Sequence record: MF327003
Source of the DNA: Shigella phage Sf14
DNA: 64,000 nt
Direction: 5' to 3' (one strand)
Below are positions 1 to 14,631 of the stretch, in pieces. The first letter of the stretch is position 1; each line of letters begins with the position of its first letter. The notes beneath the pieces are model-generated. The model saw only the letters and a program-made list of their open reading frames with translations, had not been told where the DNA came from and ran no database searches. Position numbers and translations under genes: made by a program.

Positions 1-908
1 CTGCTGCATACGCTCTTGCATCTTCCGCTGAAGAAATTATTGCATCACCAGATGCAGATGTTGGTTCAATTGGTGTGATTATGGTTCACCAAGAATTAAC
101 TAAAGCATTTGAAAAGAATGGCGTAACTATTAACGTTATTAAAGCTGGTGAATTTAAAGGTATGGGTTCCCCATTCCAAGCATTATCAGAAGAAAGCAAG
201 AATAGACTTCAAAAGAGAATTGATGACACTTACAAGACTTTTACTAGTTTTGTTGCAGACTCACGTAATATCTCCGAAGAAGCTGTAAAGAATACTGAGG
301 CGAATGTTTATTCTGCTCAGGAAGCTCTTGAACTTGGTTTAATTAACTCTATCATGTCTCAAGATGATTTCTTAAATTACTTACAAGGTTCTGAAGAAGC
401 TCCTGTAAGTTTAAACACAAACAATTCAGGTGAAGAAATGACTGAACAAGAAAAGCAAGAACTAGAAGCTCTGCGTCTTCAGGTTGCTCAAATGAAAGCT
501 AAGGAACAGGAAGCAGTTCTTACAGATTTAACTGGTAAGATTTCTGCATCTGCTGAAGCTTTTGGGTTTGATGCAAAAGAAGCTGCAACAGCTATTTTAG
601 GTGCTGGTCTTGACAACCCTCTGAGTGTTCTGTTTATGAATGCTATGGAAGGTGCTAACCAGAAACTTAATGAAACTATCGCGTCCCATGCTTCTGCCAT
701 GTCTGAGAAGGATTCTGAAATCACTAAGCTGAAAGAAGCTGCTGGTGCTGTTCTGGAACACTCAAACGCTATGGAAGAACTTGGCAATGACGGCGAAGCA
801 GAAGTGGATGATGGTAAAGATACCACTCCAGAAGCAAATGTTAATGCTAACGCTGACCAACGCAAACTGGCTCTCCAGAATGCTTTGAATACTCTTATCA
901 AGAAATAA
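1..908 (+). CDS. prohead protease/scaffold-like protein, 5' end upstream of window
   Basis: Frame of ORF 75..908 is open back to the window start; peptidase-like N-terminal part followed by Ala/Glu-rich coiled-coil C-terminus; sits directly upstream of the capsid gene. Confidence 0.45.
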   Translation, partial: AAYALASSAEEIIASPDADVGSIGVIMVHQELTKAFEKNGVTINVIKAGEFKGMGSPFQALSEESKNRLQKRIDDTYKTFTSFVADSRNISEEAVKNTEANVYSAQEALELGLINSIMSQDDFLNYLQGSEEAPVSLNTNNSGEEMTEQEKQELEALRLQVAQMKAKEQEAVLTDLTGKISASAEAFGFDAKEAATAILGAGLDNPLSVLFMNAMEGANQKLNETIASHASAMSEKDSEITKLKEAAGAVLEHSNAMEELGNDGEAEVDDGKDTTPEANVNANADQRKLALQNALNTLIKK

Positions 909-920
909 GGAACACAAATA

Positions 921-1298
921 ATGGCATATCAAGGTTTTACTAAATTAGGTGAAAGAGAACCTCTTAACGATATTATCCTTTGGGAAGAAATTACCCCAAC
1001 TGGTCACTCTCGTAAAGAGTACGCTCCAGTAGCAAGCACAGAATACCGTGTTGGTGAAGTTCTGAAGGCTGACGGCTCTAAAGTAGCTGCTGGTCAAGAA
1101 GCTCAGGCAGATTCTGTATGTATCGTTAACTTCTATGCAGACCTGCAACTGTCTTATCATGGTCAGTTAAAAGTCGTTGGTATCTACCGTGACGCTGAAC
1201 TGAAAGACTTGCTGAAGCTAGAGAGTGGCGTTGATGCTGCTGCTGTCAAGTCTGCTCTTAAGGCGAAAGGTATTGATTTCGTCCCAACTGGCCTGTAA
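921..1298 (+). CDS. small head protein (possible decoration or scaffold-associated), by position
   Basis: ATG with AAGG RBS, 125 aa, between protease/scaffold and major capsid genes. Confidence 0.35.
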   Translation: MAYQGFTKLGEREPLNDIILWEEITPTGHSRKEYAPVASTEYRVGEVLKADGSKVAAGQEAQADSVCIVNFYADLQLSYHGQLKVVGIYRDAELKDLLKLESGVDAAAVKSALKAKGIDFVPTGL

Positions 1299-1329
1299 TT
1301 AATAATAAGACATTCTGGAGAATTTTACA

Positions 1330-2433
1330 ATGTTGACTAATTCTGAAAAAAGCAGATTTTTCCTTGCTGACTTAACTGGTGAAGTCCAGTCTATTCCAAA
1401 TACTTACGGATATATCTCTGGTCTGGGACTGTTCCGTTCTGCTCCACAAACACAGACTACTTTCCTGATGGACTTGACTGATTGGGATATCAGCTTACTG
1501 GATGCGGTAGACCGTACCAGCCGTAAAGCTGAGACTAGCGCTCCTGAGCGTGTTCGTCAGATTAGCTTCCCGATGATGTACTTCAAGGAAGTTGAAAGCA
1601 TCACTCCTGATGAGATTCAGGGTGTTCGTCAGCCAGGCACTGCAAATGAACTGACTACTGAAGCAGTTGTACGTGCTAAGAAGCTGATGAAGATTCGTAC
1701 CAAGTTTGACATTACTCGTGAGTTCTTGTTTATGCAAGCTCTGAAGGGTAAAGTTATCGACGCTAACGGTGTTCTGTACGCAGACCTGTACAAGCAGTTC
1801 GATGTAACTAAGAAGACTATCTACTTCGACTTGGACAACCCGAACTCTGATATCGATGCGCACATTGAAGACCTGCGTATGCACATGGAAGATGAAGCTA
1901 AGACAGGTACTGTAATCAACGGTGAAGAAATTCACATCGTTGTTGACAGAACTTTCTTCAGCAAGCTTATCAAGCATCCTAAGATTCGTGACGCATACCT
2001 TGCACAGCAGACTCCGCTGGCTTGGCAACAGATTACTGGTTCTCTGAGAACTGGTGGTACTGACGGTGTTCAGGCTCACATGAACCGTTTCTACTACGGT
2101 GGTGTTGTATTCGTACAGTACAACGGTAAGTTCAAAGACAAGCGTGGTAAGACTCATACTCTGGTTAGCATTGACGGTGTATCTGATACTAATGTTGGTG
2201 TAGGTCACGCATTCCCTAACGTAGCAATGTTAGGTGAAGCTAACAACATCTTCGAAGTTGCTTACGCTCCATGTCCTAAGATGGGTTATGCAAACACTCT
2301 GGGTCAGGAACTGTATGTGTTCGAATATGAGAAAGACCGTGACGAAGGTATTGACTTCGAAGCCCACTCTTACATGCTGCCATACTGCACACGTCCTCAA
2401 CTGCTTGTTGACGTTCGTTCAGACGCTGAGTAA
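1330..2433 (+). CDS. major capsid protein
   Basis: 367 aa ORF with GGAG RBS directly after protease/scaffold and head genes; size, composition and position typical of myovirus MCP. Confidence 0.7.
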   Translation: MLTNSEKSRFFLADLTGEVQSIPNTYGYISGLGLFRSAPQTQTTFLMDLTDWDISLLDAVDRTSRKAETSAPERVRQISFPMMYFKEVESITPDEIQGVRQPGTANELTTEAVVRAKKLMKIRTKFDITREFLFMQALKGKVIDANGVLYADLYKQFDVTKKTIYFDLDNPNSDIDAHIEDLRMHMEDEAKTGTVINGEEIHIVVDRTFFSKLIKHPKIRDAYLAQQTPLAWQQITGSLRTGGTDGVQAHMNRFYYGGVVFVQYNGKFKDKRGKTHTLVSIDGVSDTNVGVGHAFPNVAMLGEANNIFEVAYAPCPKMGYANTLGQELYVFEYEKDRDEGIDFEAHSYMLPYCTRPQLLVDVRSDAE

Positions 2434-2455
2434 TAACTTGAAAGGAGGGTTATAA

Positions 2456-2905
2456 ATGTGTTATACAGGCGACCCCGCTAATAACCCTCTTGATAGAGTT
2501 CGAATCCTCTGCACCGACACTGACAACAATGAAATCCTCATTGACCAATCGGTGCTAGAGTGGTTCTACCAAGAATCTGGAAAGGATGAAAAGAAAGCAG
2601 CCATCAAAGCTCTTAAATATTTACTCTTTCAAGTAGCCAAGATGGGAGATGAGAAAGTTGGTGGTGTTTATTTACGAAACTCTTCCAGATTCAAATCTCT
2701 GAAAGCTGTCTATGACGACCTAGTTAAAAGCTCTGTTAGTGGCCTCCCTTATGCGGGGGGTATTAACCAGTGTGATATTGATATGCGTCGTCAAAATCCT
2801 TGCTCTGTCAAGAAATATACTGAATATGGCGATGCTGTTAGATACTACGGTAGAGATTACTGTGAACGTGTCAATGGTGTATTTATTATCGAGCGAGATG
2901 AATAA
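2456..2905 (+). CDS. head-tail joining/neck protein (by synteny)
   Basis: 149 aa ORF with AGGAGGG RBS between MCP and tail sheath. Confidence 0.3.
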   Translation: MCYTGDPANNPLDRVRILCTDTDNNEILIDQSVLEWFYQESGKDEKKAAIKALKYLLFQVAKMGDEKVGGVYLRNSSRFKSLKAVYDDLVKSSVSGLPYAGGINQCDIDMRRQNPCSVKKYTEYGDAVRYYGRDYCERVNGVFIIERDE

Positions 2906-3387
2906 TGGTTAAAAGGGTTATTCACCCCGCTAGAGCTAAATTAGTCGGGGCTATGAAGAACTTGCATACGGCTAATGCTCAAGTTGGGTATTTTCAGGAA
3001 CAAGGTCAACATAGCTCTGGTTTTTCTTACTCTGCTTTAATGTACTTGCATGAAGTTATTGGTGTACCAGCAGCTTCAGGTAAAGTATATCGTAGGTTGT
3101 TTGAAATTACTATGATGTTACACAGACAGACCTTGTTAGAGCAGACTAAGAAGAATCTCTATAAGCAATTAAACAGTCTTAATACTGACCCCTCAGATAC
3201 TTTAGAAGCATTTGCAAAGAGTGCTCAGAAAGCAATTAAAAGAGGTTTTGGTAATACGGCTATATTGCCTCCTAACGCTCCATCTACAGTTAAAAAGAAA
3301 GGCTTCAATGCCCCTCTTGTGGAAACTGGAGATTTACGAGATAGCCTTGCTTATAAAATCTCTACTAAGAAAGGTATTAAAAAATGA
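2905..3387 (+). CDS. head-tail joining/neck protein (by synteny)
   Basis: 160 aa ORF, start overlaps upstream stop (translational coupling). Confidence 0.3.
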   Translation: MVKRVIHPARAKLVGAMKNLHTANAQVGYFQEQGQHSSGFSYSALMYLHEVIGVPAASGKVYRRLFEITMMLHRQTLLEQTKKNLYKQLNSLNTDPSDTLEAFAKSAQKAIKRGFGNTAILPPNAPSTVKKKGFNAPLVETGDLRDSLAYKISTKKGIKK

Positions 3388-3785
3388 GACTCTTAAATAG
3401 ACACAGCTTTGTAGTTAAAAGAAAGGTATCTGAAGATGGTCATTACAATGAAGATGGTGATTGGGTAGCTTCACAGGATGTTGTATCAATTAACTGCAAA
3501 GGTAATATTCAACCTTATATTAAGGGTTCTGTAAAGAATGGTACACAGATTGTTTTACCTGAAGGTATCAGACTAACAGATACAAGAATCCTTTTCACTG
3601 TAGCTGAGTTAAGAACGTCTGATGATGTTGATTGGACTGAAGCTGATATTGTCATGATTAAGGGACACGAATACGAAGTCTTTATGACAATGGATTGGTC
3701 TGAACAATTAGCTCACACATCCCATTATGAGTATATCATTATTAGAAGGGATAAGATGAATGCAGTTAGAAACAGCAGAACTTGA
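3384..3785 (+). CDS. neck/tail completion protein (by synteny)
   Basis: 133 aa ORF, ATGA overlap with upstream gene. Confidence 0.3.
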   Translation: MRLLNRHSFVVKRKVSEDGHYNEDGDWVASQDVVSINCKGNIQPYIKGSVKNGTQIVLPEGIRLTDTRILFTVAELRTSDDVDWTEADIVMIKGHEYEVFMTMDWSEQLAHTSHYEYIIIRRDKMNAVRNSRT

Positions 3786-4359
3786 GAAAGGTATTGTCCG
3801 AGTTTTGGTTGATGTTATTGGTCACCGTCTAGCGAGAGACAAGAATAACAGACCAAATGTTATCAGGGCTTACCCTTCAGATAATTCCAATGATAAAGGT
3901 CTGAAACCAGACCAACCTTTTATTACAGTATACTGTCAAGATGCTACCACACCTTATGGTTGGGTTCTTGATAAGTTCGTGGAAGATGATGCAGTTTGTT
4001 ACAGAATTGCTTTCCAGATTCCTGTACTGATTACTGTAAATGGTAAAGGTGCTCACAGTATTATGCTTGAGCTAAAACAAAGATTAGAGATGAGTACTAC
4101 AAGAGATTATCTAGCTGACATGACAGGTGCTTCAGTACTTGATACAGGGGCTATCCCGAATGATTATACTTATCTCAACACAGATTTTGAAAATTCTGCA
4201 CCTCTTGTTGTAACCCTTGTAAAAAATTCAGTATTAAAAGATGAACGTGGAAGTATTATTGAACGTGTCATTGTGGATGGTGAATTGGTTTACGAGGAAG
4301 GACAGGAGCCACCAGAATATACTATCCATCTAGATGTAGACTCCAAAGGGGTAAAATAA
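3760..4359 (+). CDS. tail terminator/completion protein (by synteny)
   Basis: 199 aa ORF immediately upstream of tail sheath gene. Confidence 0.3.
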   Translation: MQLETAELEKGIVRVLVDVIGHRLARDKNNRPNVIRAYPSDNSNDKGLKPDQPFITVYCQDATTPYGWVLDKFVEDDAVCYRIAFQIPVLITVNGKGAHSIMLELKQRLEMSTTRDYLADMTGASVLDTGAIPNDYTYLNTDFENSAPLVVTLVKNSVLKDERGSIIERVIVDGELVYEEGQEPPEYTIHLDVDSKGVK

Positions 4360-5712
4360 ATGTGGAATCCAATTGTTAATGTAGATATTACATTGAACAC
4401 AGCAGGAACTACAAGAGAAGGTTTTGGTTTACCATTATTCCTTGCTTCAACAGATAACTTTGAAGAAAGAATCCGTGGTTACACTTCATTAACAGAAGTA
4501 GCCGAAGACTTTGATGAAAGTACTGCTGCGTATAAAGCTGCAAAACAGCTATGGAGCCAAACTCCAAAAGTAACTCAACTGTATATTGGTAGAAGAACTA
4601 TGCAATATACTGTTTCTATTCCTGATACAGTGGCTGAAGGAAGTGAATATTCATTGACAGTTGCTATCGGTGGTGGTGTTTCTCAGCCATTCCAATACAC
4701 TGCAAAAGAAAATGACACAGCACTTATTGTCTTGAATGAGTTTAAATCACAGATTGAAGCAAGCCCAACAATTAAAGATGGTGTTAATGCTAGTGTAACA
4801 GGTACTGGTGCTTCTGCGACGATGATTATTACTAAAGCTGGTGATAATGACTTCGTAAAAGTAACGTCCATTACACCTACAACGTCTATTGCAGCAACAA
4901 CTGCTGACACGGCTTCCGCTGCTCTGGCATCCATTGAAACATATTCAACAGATTGGTACTTCATCTCAGCAGAAGACAGAACTCAACAGTTTGTCTTGGC
5001 AATGGCTTCAGAGATTCAGGCGCGTAAGAAGATTTTCTTCACAGCTAATGCTGACGTTAAGGCTCTGCAAGGCACTGATTTGACCTCTGCAACAGATGTT
5101 CCGGCACAGTTAGCTAAGAGCAAGTACACTCGTACAGTTTGCTTGTGGCATCACACAGCCGAGTTTGACTACCCAGAAATGGCTTACATCGCATATGGTG
5201 CCCCATATGATGCAGGCTCAATTGCTTGGGGTAACGCCCAATTAACTGGTGTTGCAGCATCTCTACAACCTGCTAACCAGAGACCACTGATAAGCATTCA
5301 GAAGTCAGCTTTAGACACTCGTAGCTGTAACTTCATTGACCTCGATGGTGGGGTTCCTGTAGTGCGCAGAGGTATCACTTCTGGTGGTGAATGGATTGAT
5401 ATTGTACGTGGTGTTGATTGGCTTGAATCTGATTTGAAAACATCTCTGAGAGACTTGCTAATTAATCAGAAGGGTGGTAAGATTACTTATGATGATACTG
5501 GTATTACCCGTATTCGTCAGGTCATTGAAACATCTCTTCAGCGAGCAGTTAACAGAAAATTTTTGTCAACTTACACCGTTACTGTTCCTAAAGCCTCACA
5601 AGTTGCATTGGCAGATAAGAAAGCACGTATCCTGAAAGACATTACCTTCCACGGTATTCTTGCAGGGGCTATCTTGGATGTTGACTTGAAAGGCACAGTG
5701 GCTTACGAATAA
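4360..5712 (+). CDS. tail sheath protein
   Basis: 450 aa ORF followed by small tube gene, chaperone-sized ORFs and tape measure; canonical contractile-tail order. Confidence 0.6.
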   Translation: MWNPIVNVDITLNTAGTTREGFGLPLFLASTDNFEERIRGYTSLTEVAEDFDESTAAYKAAKQLWSQTPKVTQLYIGRRTMQYTVSIPDTVAEGSEYSLTVAIGGGVSQPFQYTAKENDTALIVLNEFKSQIEASPTIKDGVNASVTGTGASATMIITKAGDNDFVKVTSITPTTSIAATTADTASAALASIETYSTDWYFISAEDRTQQFVLAMASEIQARKKIFFTANADVKALQGTDLTSATDVPAQLAKSKYTRTVCLWHHTAEFDYPEMAYIAYGAPYDAGSIAWGNAQLTGVAASLQPANQRPLISIQKSALDTRSCNFIDLDGGVPVVRRGITSGGEWIDIVRGVDWLESDLKTSLRDLLINQKGGKITYDDTGITRIRQVIETSLQRAVNRKFLSTYTVTVPKASQVALADKKARILKDITFHGILAGAILDVDLKGTVAYE

Positions 5713-5726
5713 AGGAGTAATTAGGA

Positions 5727-6173
5727 ATGGCTATGTATCAGCAATATTCCCCTAAAGATGTAGTTTGTAGCTGGAATGGCATTGCCATTGAAGGTTTTGC
5801 ACCAGACTCATTCTTGCGTCTTCAGAGAACTTCTCCACTTGTTACGCCAGTTGTAGGTGCAGGTGGTCAAGTAGCTCTGACAAGAAATGCAGACAAGACA
5901 GGTACGATTGAGATTGAGCTAATGCAGACTTCTCTATCAAACCAGATGCTTTCTGCAATTCAAGCTAAACAAGATGACATGGAACTTGAAGAAGATATCT
6001 CATCTAACTTTGTAATTTACGACCCATCTGGTTCAGTTCTGGCAACAGGTATTAATGCTTGGTTGCAAGAGCTTCCACAGATTGAATTAGGTCGTGACCA
6101 GAACTCGAAAACTTGGATTTTCGGTTGTGAGAAGTTAGACTACACTTCAACAATCCCTGCGTCAAGCGTTTAA
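5727..6173 (+). CDS. tail tube protein
   Basis: 148 aa ORF after sheath, AAAGGAG RBS, followed by intrinsic terminator. Confidence 0.55.
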   Translation: MAMYQQYSPKDVVCSWNGIAIEGFAPDSFLRLQRTSPLVTPVVGAGGQVALTRNADKTGTIEIELMQTSLSNQMLSAIQAKQDDMELEEDISSNFVIYDPSGSVLATGINAWLQELPQIELGRDQNSKTWIFGCEKLDYTSTIPASSV

Positions 6174-6186
6174 CAAATCCTAATAA

Positions 6187-6223
6187 GGGGGAGACTGTAA
6201 AAGGTCTTCCCCTTTTGTGTTTT
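6187..6223 (+). terminator. rho-independent terminator after tail tube gene
   Basis: GC stem GGGGGAGAC/GTCTTCCCC followed by TTTTGTGTTTTT. Confidence 0.6.
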
Positions 6224-6249
6224 TATAGCATAACTTTTAAGGAATCACA

Positions 6250-6651
6250 ATGAAGACTGAAACTAAAATGATTAACGGCAAGAAGGTAACTATTATTCTT
6301 CTTGGAGCAAGAGATGGTATCCGTATCTCTATGAAACTTGGTAAAGCAGTTGTACCAGCATTTGCACAGATGTTCTCTGGTTTAACCTCTAAAGATGGGG
6401 AAGCTAAAATCCCATTTAAAGAACTCGTTGAAGCTTGCTTTGAAAAGGTTGACGAACTAGATATTGATGCAATGGCAGAGACACTATTTCAGGGGGCAAC
6501 AGTTAACGACTTCCCACTGAAAATTGATAGTTACTTCCAAGCGAACTACGGTGAATTTATTGACTTCTTAGCTTTTGCTTTGGAGGCAAACTTCGGAAGT
6601 TTTTTCGAGGCAAGCATTTTCAAAAGCCTAACTTCTCAGCAGGAAGCTTAA
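6250..6651 (+). CDS. tail assembly chaperone candidate (by position)
   Basis: 133 aa acidic ORF between tube and tape measure. Confidence 0.35.
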   Translation: MKTETKMINGKKVTIILLGARDGIRISMKLGKAVVPAFAQMFSGLTSKDGEAKIPFKELVEACFEKVDELDIDAMAETLFQGATVNDFPLKIDSYFQANYGEFIDFLAFALEANFGSFFEASIFKSLTSQQEA

Positions 6652-6659
6652 GTTATTCT

Positions 6660-6887
6660 ATGCAGACCCCGCTGACTGACGGGGCTGTAAAGGCAACTTA
6701 TGATGAAGCAGATGAGATGAAATTTGTGCTTGCTATTTATGGTATGGATGGGTGTAAAGAAACACTCAACCAACTTTTTGATATGACCTTCGTTGATTTA
6801 TTATCTCTACGTCAGTATTTAGAAATCCAGAAGTCATATAAAGAAGAAATGGCTTACAACGAACTCAGAAAAGCAGGTAAAATTTAA
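6660..6887 (+). CDS. tail assembly chaperone candidate (by position)
   Basis: 75 aa ORF; stop overlaps tape measure start (TAATG). Confidence 0.3.
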   Translation: MQTPLTDGAVKATYDEADEMKFVLAIYGMDGCKETLNQLFDMTFVDLLSLRQYLEIQKSYKEEMAYNELRKAGKI

Positions 6888-9123
6888 TGGCACAATATAC
6901 AGTTGATAGTTTTATTGTTGAACTTGGATTCAGTGAAAAGGTTATTAAGGGTTTGCAAAGAGTTGAGAAAATGGCTATGCAGTCTGCTCAACGTATCGAA
7001 CGCAATATCAATAAAGCCTTTGATGTGAAGCCTAATAGAAGTTCACAAGACGCTCTAAACAGACTTGTAAAAAACGCTCAGACTGCTTCAGGCAGAATCA
7101 ATAAATCCCTAAACAATGCTATGAATTTAGATTCACAAGGTGTAAAATCACTTCGTAGATTAGAAACACAGGGTAAGAAAACAGCCAAAGAAATTAATAA
7201 GGCTCTAAGACAAGCTATGAATGTTGAAGGTAAAGTCAATGTTCGTGGTGGAGTTGGTAGAGGCCGTGGTAATACTATCCCTCCGGTTGGAGGTGGTGGT
7301 TCACCTAGAGTTAGACCTGATATTGCTCAAAGACAAATGGAAAGAATGTTTAATAACAACTTCTATTCTGGTTTGACTCGTCGTCTTGAAACAATTGGTG
7401 GACAAGGTAACCAAATGGCTACTTCCTTCAGAGGAAGCTTACAAGGAATCTATAATAAGTACAAAGGTAGTGGTAAAGTTGGTGAGTATGAGATGGAAGT
7501 TAAGAAACTCATTGACACTACCAAACGTTGGGTTATTGCAGAAAATGCTAGACTTAAGGCAGTCAGAGAGTCAGCTTGGTTACAAGACAGAGCAAACTCT
7601 TCACTAAGACAGCTTGTAGGTGGTTTTGTTTCAGCGTATGCTATGCTGGAATTAGCTCAGAAGACTATTGATGCAGGTGTAAAGAGACAGTCTGCACAGT
7701 TAGCCTCAACAGCTATCTTTGGAGGGGATACACAGCAAGCGAGAATGTTCGCTGCTACGTTCTCTCACCAGATTGGTCAGAACTACACAGACACTATGAA
7801 GCAGTACTCAAACTTCGCTGCTGGTGCTCAACCAGAGTTAGGTTTTAAAGGGACTCAAGAGTTCTATAAGAATGCTGCTATGTTCTCACGTATTCGTGGT
7901 GCTTCTGATGAAGACTTGAAAGGTATCATGGTTGCTTTCCAGCAAATGGCATCTAAAGGTAAGATTCAGGCTGAAGAACTTCGTGGACAGTTAGGTGACC
8001 GTTTGGCAGGTGCTGTTCAGTTATTTGCTGATGCTATTGGTAAAACTCCACAAGAACTTGACAAGATGATGAAAGATGGTCAGCTTCTTGCAAAAGACGT
8101 TCTACCAAAAGTCTCAGAAAAAATGAGAGAGCTTGTTGAAGCAGCAGGTGGTATGAATGCAGTTTCTAAGCAGACAGCTACCTCTATGGGTCAAGCAAAG
8201 GCAATGTGGGATAACACCCTTGTAGCTTTGTTTAACAACTCTAGCGAAGGTATCTCACAACTCTCTAACTCAGTTGCAATGTTCTTGCAAGGTTCCCTTG
8301 GTACATCTGAAGCACTTGGTACAGGTATTGGTTACCTTTTAAAAGGTGCTAGTAACCTTCTAGACTTCGTGACAGATATCATGTACCGCATTTCTTCATT
8401 ATACTATACCTCAATGGGCTATTTCAAGGAATTAGATGCTAGTCAACAGAAACTAATCAAGGATTCTGCTGAGTTAGTTGCTACGTTCACCGCTATTGGT
8501 GTCTCAATTGCAGCTATTACAAAAGTCGCTAAAATCTTTGGTGGTACTGTAGCATTTGTCAAGAGTATCTTTGAAGAAGGTATCTTAGCTAAGATTGCAC
8601 AGAAGTTTGGATTAACTACAGCAGCAGAAACAGCAGCTACAACGGCTGGTGTATCAGCAACCAGAATGGCTCTTGGTGTAGGTGGTTCTGCATTAATGTT
8701 ATCTGGTTCAGTTGACAAGAATGCTGGAAAGAGATTTAACGAGGTTAACACACCTAATCCTTTCAATGAAGCTATCTCAGGAATCACTAATCCAAAACGT
8801 CCAATGTTCTTTGACCAGAATGGACAACTTCAGTTTGCACAATATACCACAGACACTTCTGGAAATATTCAGAGAGTTGATAATGGTTTGTCAAATTGGG
8901 ATATTATCATGAACAACCTGTCTGAGTCTCTAAATAACTTTGCAAACAAGTTTAACCAGACACCTATGATGATGACTCCTTCTGGACTACCATTGCAAAC
9001 TAAGCAGACGCTTAACGTTTCCTTTAATCTGGATGGTAAGCAGATTGCTACTAAGATGGTGGATATCACTGATAAGAGTCAGGAAGATATTCTGTTAAAC
9101 TCTAGCTACCCAGAGGATGAATA

Positions 9124-9124
<1 letters not shown>
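6887..9124 (+). CDS. tail tape measure protein
   Basis: 745 aa, Gly-rich segments, Ala/Gly/Thr-rich hydrophobic stretch, position after chaperones. Confidence 0.65.
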
Positions 9125-11885
<2,761 letters not shown>

Positions 11886-11886
<1 letters not shown>

Positions 11887-12302
11887 TGAAAACAGATTTT
11901 GCAATCAATCTTGGTGGTGACTACGTAGCTAAATTAGGAAATGATTCTGTATACGTTGCTCACGGAGATTTAAAAATTACGGGTAATCAGATTAGAATTA
12001 TCCCAGAAGACGATAAAGCTACTCAGGTAGCTCAAAGATTACATATTAGGTGTCTTCTAAGGGCTGGAGAAGTATTCTTTAATACATCTGCTGGATTCCC
12101 TTATTTACAGCTTGCTAAGTTCAAGCAGAAGACCTCTATTTTTGATAATTATATGAAAGGTTACCTTGTTGAAACGAGAGATGTAACAAACATCTACAAC
12201 TACTCTTCAACAATGGATAATGCAATGAGAAAAGTGTCAGTCAGATTTAATGCAACGACAACTGCTGACGATGTTGAAATTAATACAGAGGTAAACATTT
12301 AA
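11886..12302 (+). CDS. baseplate wedge protein candidate (gpW/gp25-like position)
   Basis: 138 aa, directly precedes J-like gene. Confidence 0.35.
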
Positions 12303-13771
12303 TGGCTGGATTAACAACTACAGGTTTACAAACAAAAAGATATCAAGAAATCTTGGATGATGTTAAAGCAAGTCTGTATAGAGATATCTCACCAAACCTT
12401 GATGTTTCTGAAGATAGCGAACTTGGGTTATTCTTAGCTTCTGTTTGCCGAGGTCTTGCAGACGTTCATGAAATCTTGTCAGAAATCTATGATGGTGGTA
12501 CTATTGACAAAGCTGAAGGATTCAGTTTAGATGATGTAACAGCTTTGAATGCTGTATACAGATATGTGGCACAAGCTACAAGAGGTCAAGCTGAGTTCAC
12601 TGGTAACTCTGGTGCTCCTGTACCAGCAACTACAAGATTAAGAAGCACAGCAGGTAACATCTTTTACCCTGTGTCAACTTTCACGCTGACTCCATCTTAC
12701 TGTGTAGAGGCAAACTTAGAAGTTAACTCTTTACGAACAGATGCAAACTATGTTATTATCATTGATAACATTGAGTATTCATATCAGCCGACTAGCTCTG
12801 ATACCATTACAACATTGCTACAGAAACTTGCAGATGCTATTAATGGTGGTATTATTGCAAAGGCTGAAGTTACTAATGATGGCTCAGTTCTAAGAATCTA
12901 TAAAGACACTGGAGATATCATTGCCAGAACTAACCCTATGGTTGTTACTGCAACGACATTCTTAACATTTACAAAGATTACTTCAATCAGTGACGTTGTA
13001 GCAGATGAAACTGGAGCTATCCAGACTCTGGCAGGAACCTTGATTGAGATTGAAACAACTGTAGATGGTCTTGATAGTGTCTTCAACAGATATGATTTGA
13101 CAACAGGTCGTGATGAGGAAACTGACACAGAACTGAGACAACGTTACTTAGAATCTCTGGCTGTTACCGGTGTAGGTACTCTGGATGCTATTGTAGCTGC
13201 TGTAAAGAGAGTTCAAGGTGTGTCTGACGCTTCTGGTGTAGAAAATGATACTGAGACAACAAACTCTGATGGTCTTCCTCCGAAGTCTTTTAAGATTGTT
13301 GTAGTTGGTGGTCAGAATGATAATATTGCACAGGCAATCTGGGACACGAAACCTGCTGGTATTCGCCCATATGGTGCAATCTTTGGGACTGCATATGACT
13401 TAGGCTCTCTCCCTCACGATGTTTACTTTAGTAGACCAATGCCTAAATACGTTTTTGTCAAGGTCACTTACTCTCTTTACGATGAAGAAACTCTTAACAT
13501 CCCTGAACAGGATATTCATGACAGAATTGTTCAAGGTATCAATACCTATGGTAGAACGTTGAAAGTTGGTAACGATGTAATCCCTAACAGAATTTATGGG
13601 CATATCTATGATGTGATTCAAGGTATTGAGATTAATGAGATTAAGGTTGCACTTTCAAACAACCAAGCAATTCCACCTGCTGATGAGCAGTACACCACTT
13701 CAAGAATTACTATTGATGGTGACCAGTACACTGTTTGGGAAAGCTCACAGTATACAATTACCAAGGAGTAA
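12302..13771 (+). CDS. baseplate J-like protein candidate
   Basis: 489 aa, largest baseplate ORF, synteny. Confidence 0.4.
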   Translation: MAGLTTTGLQTKRYQEILDDVKASLYRDISPNLDVSEDSELGLFLASVCRGLADVHEILSEIYDGGTIDKAEGFSLDDVTALNAVYRYVAQATRGQAEFTGNSGAPVPATTRLRSTAGNIFYPVSTFTLTPSYCVEANLEVNSLRTDANYVIIIDNIEYSYQPTSSDTITTLLQKLADAINGGIIAKAEVTNDGSVLRIYKDTGDIIARTNPMVVTATTFLTFTKITSISDVVADETGAIQTLAGTLIEIETTVDGLDSVFNRYDLTTGRDEETDTELRQRYLESLAVTGVGTLDAIVAAVKRVQGVSDASGVENDTETTNSDGLPPKSFKIVVVGGQNDNIAQAIWDTKPAGIRPYGAIFGTAYDLGSLPHDVYFSRPMPKYVFVKVTYSLYDEETLNIPEQDIHDRIVQGINTYGRTLKVGNDVIPNRIYGHIYDVIQGIEINEIKVALSNNQAIPPADEQYTTSRITIDGDQYTVWESSQYTITKE

Positions 13772-13773
13772 CA

Positions 13774-14631
13774 ATGTTTAAAAAGATTGAAAACTTTTAT
13801 GAGAAAACATTGGACGAAAGAACTGTAACTCAATTCAAAGATAAGTTTATTTACACAAGTCTATTGAAATCTATCACAGATGAGTTACAATTATTAGAGG
13901 ATATTAGTAATCAGTTATATACTGAAAGAAATATTCGTGTAGGTGTTGGCACACAACTTGATAACATCGGGGCTTTGATTAAAGTCCCTAGACCTATTGG
14001 TGCTGATGATGACATTTACAGAGCTACCCTCTACATTCAAATTTTCTTAAGACGTTCTGACACCACACCAAGCTTCTTACAAAAAGCTGTTATGACCCTT
14101 TACAACGCATCATTCAGTCAGATTTTTGAGCACATTACGCCAATGACTGGTGGAATTGTTATCCGTGTAAACACTCGTAATGACGTGTTAGATACAGCAT
14201 ACACACTTTCTAAGATTGCTGCAACAACTATTGGTTCAGCAGTTATCCTTAGAGATGTTACCTTAAATGGCACTGCTTGGACTCCTGTAGAGGTTGCTGA
14301 TTCATCTCTGGCAATCACTGATGAGAACAATAACTGGTTTGTAACAAACACTAACAAGGGTCTTATTACGAACAACACAGGTGGCTCTCTAGAAGCAAAT
14401 AAATTAGGTAGTTTTGCAGATGCAGGTGTAAGAGATGGTTATGTAAGAGTGGATAAAACTGGTGGAAGTACCAGTAAAGATTATTTAAAAGTCAGCAAAA
14501 CAAACAATAGCAACGACTATTTCATTGCTGGTAAAGAAACAGTAGCAGGTGGTGATTATGGGATTATGGCAGAAGTCGCCCAAATCGTCAAAGGCAGAAA
14601 AGATAAATCTCAACAAGAAGGAAGTTCATAA
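13774..14631 (+). CDS. baseplate/tail fibre-associated protein (gpI-like position)
   Basis: ATG at 13774 with AAGGAG RBS (track ORF begins at an upstream TTG at 13735). Confidence 0.35.
   Translation: MFKKIENFYEKTLDERTVTQFKDKFIYTSLLKSITDELQLLEDISNQLYTERNIRVGVGTQLDNIGALIKVPRPIGADDDIYRATLYIQIFLRRSDTTPSFLQKAVMTLYNASFSQIFEHITPMTGGIVIRVNTRNDVLDTAYTLSKIAATTIGSAVILRDVTLNGTAWTPVEVADSSLAITDENNNWFVTNTNKGLITNNTGGSLEANKLGSFADAGVRDGYVRVDKTGGSTSKDYLKVSKTNNSNDYFIAGKETVAGGDYGIMAEVAQIVKGRKDKSQQEGSS

Noticed and set aside
1495-2208. 237-aa antisense ORF inside the major capsid gene (and similar antisense ORFs such as 488..901, 945..1160, 4683..4964, 8443..8787)
   Set aside because: Entirely embedded opposite to strongly supported genes, with low-complexity translations and no RBS; typical shadow ORFs.
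2448-2458. TATAAAT motifs just before start codons (2448 and 16147) as T4-like late promoters
   Set aside because: They overlap the ATG itself (TTATAAATG), too close to serve as a -10 element for these genes.
6250-6887. Programmed frameshift joining the two chaperone-position ORFs before the tape measure gene
   Set aside because: The two ORFs are separated by a stop and an 8-bp gap with no overlap or slippery heptamer seen by eye.
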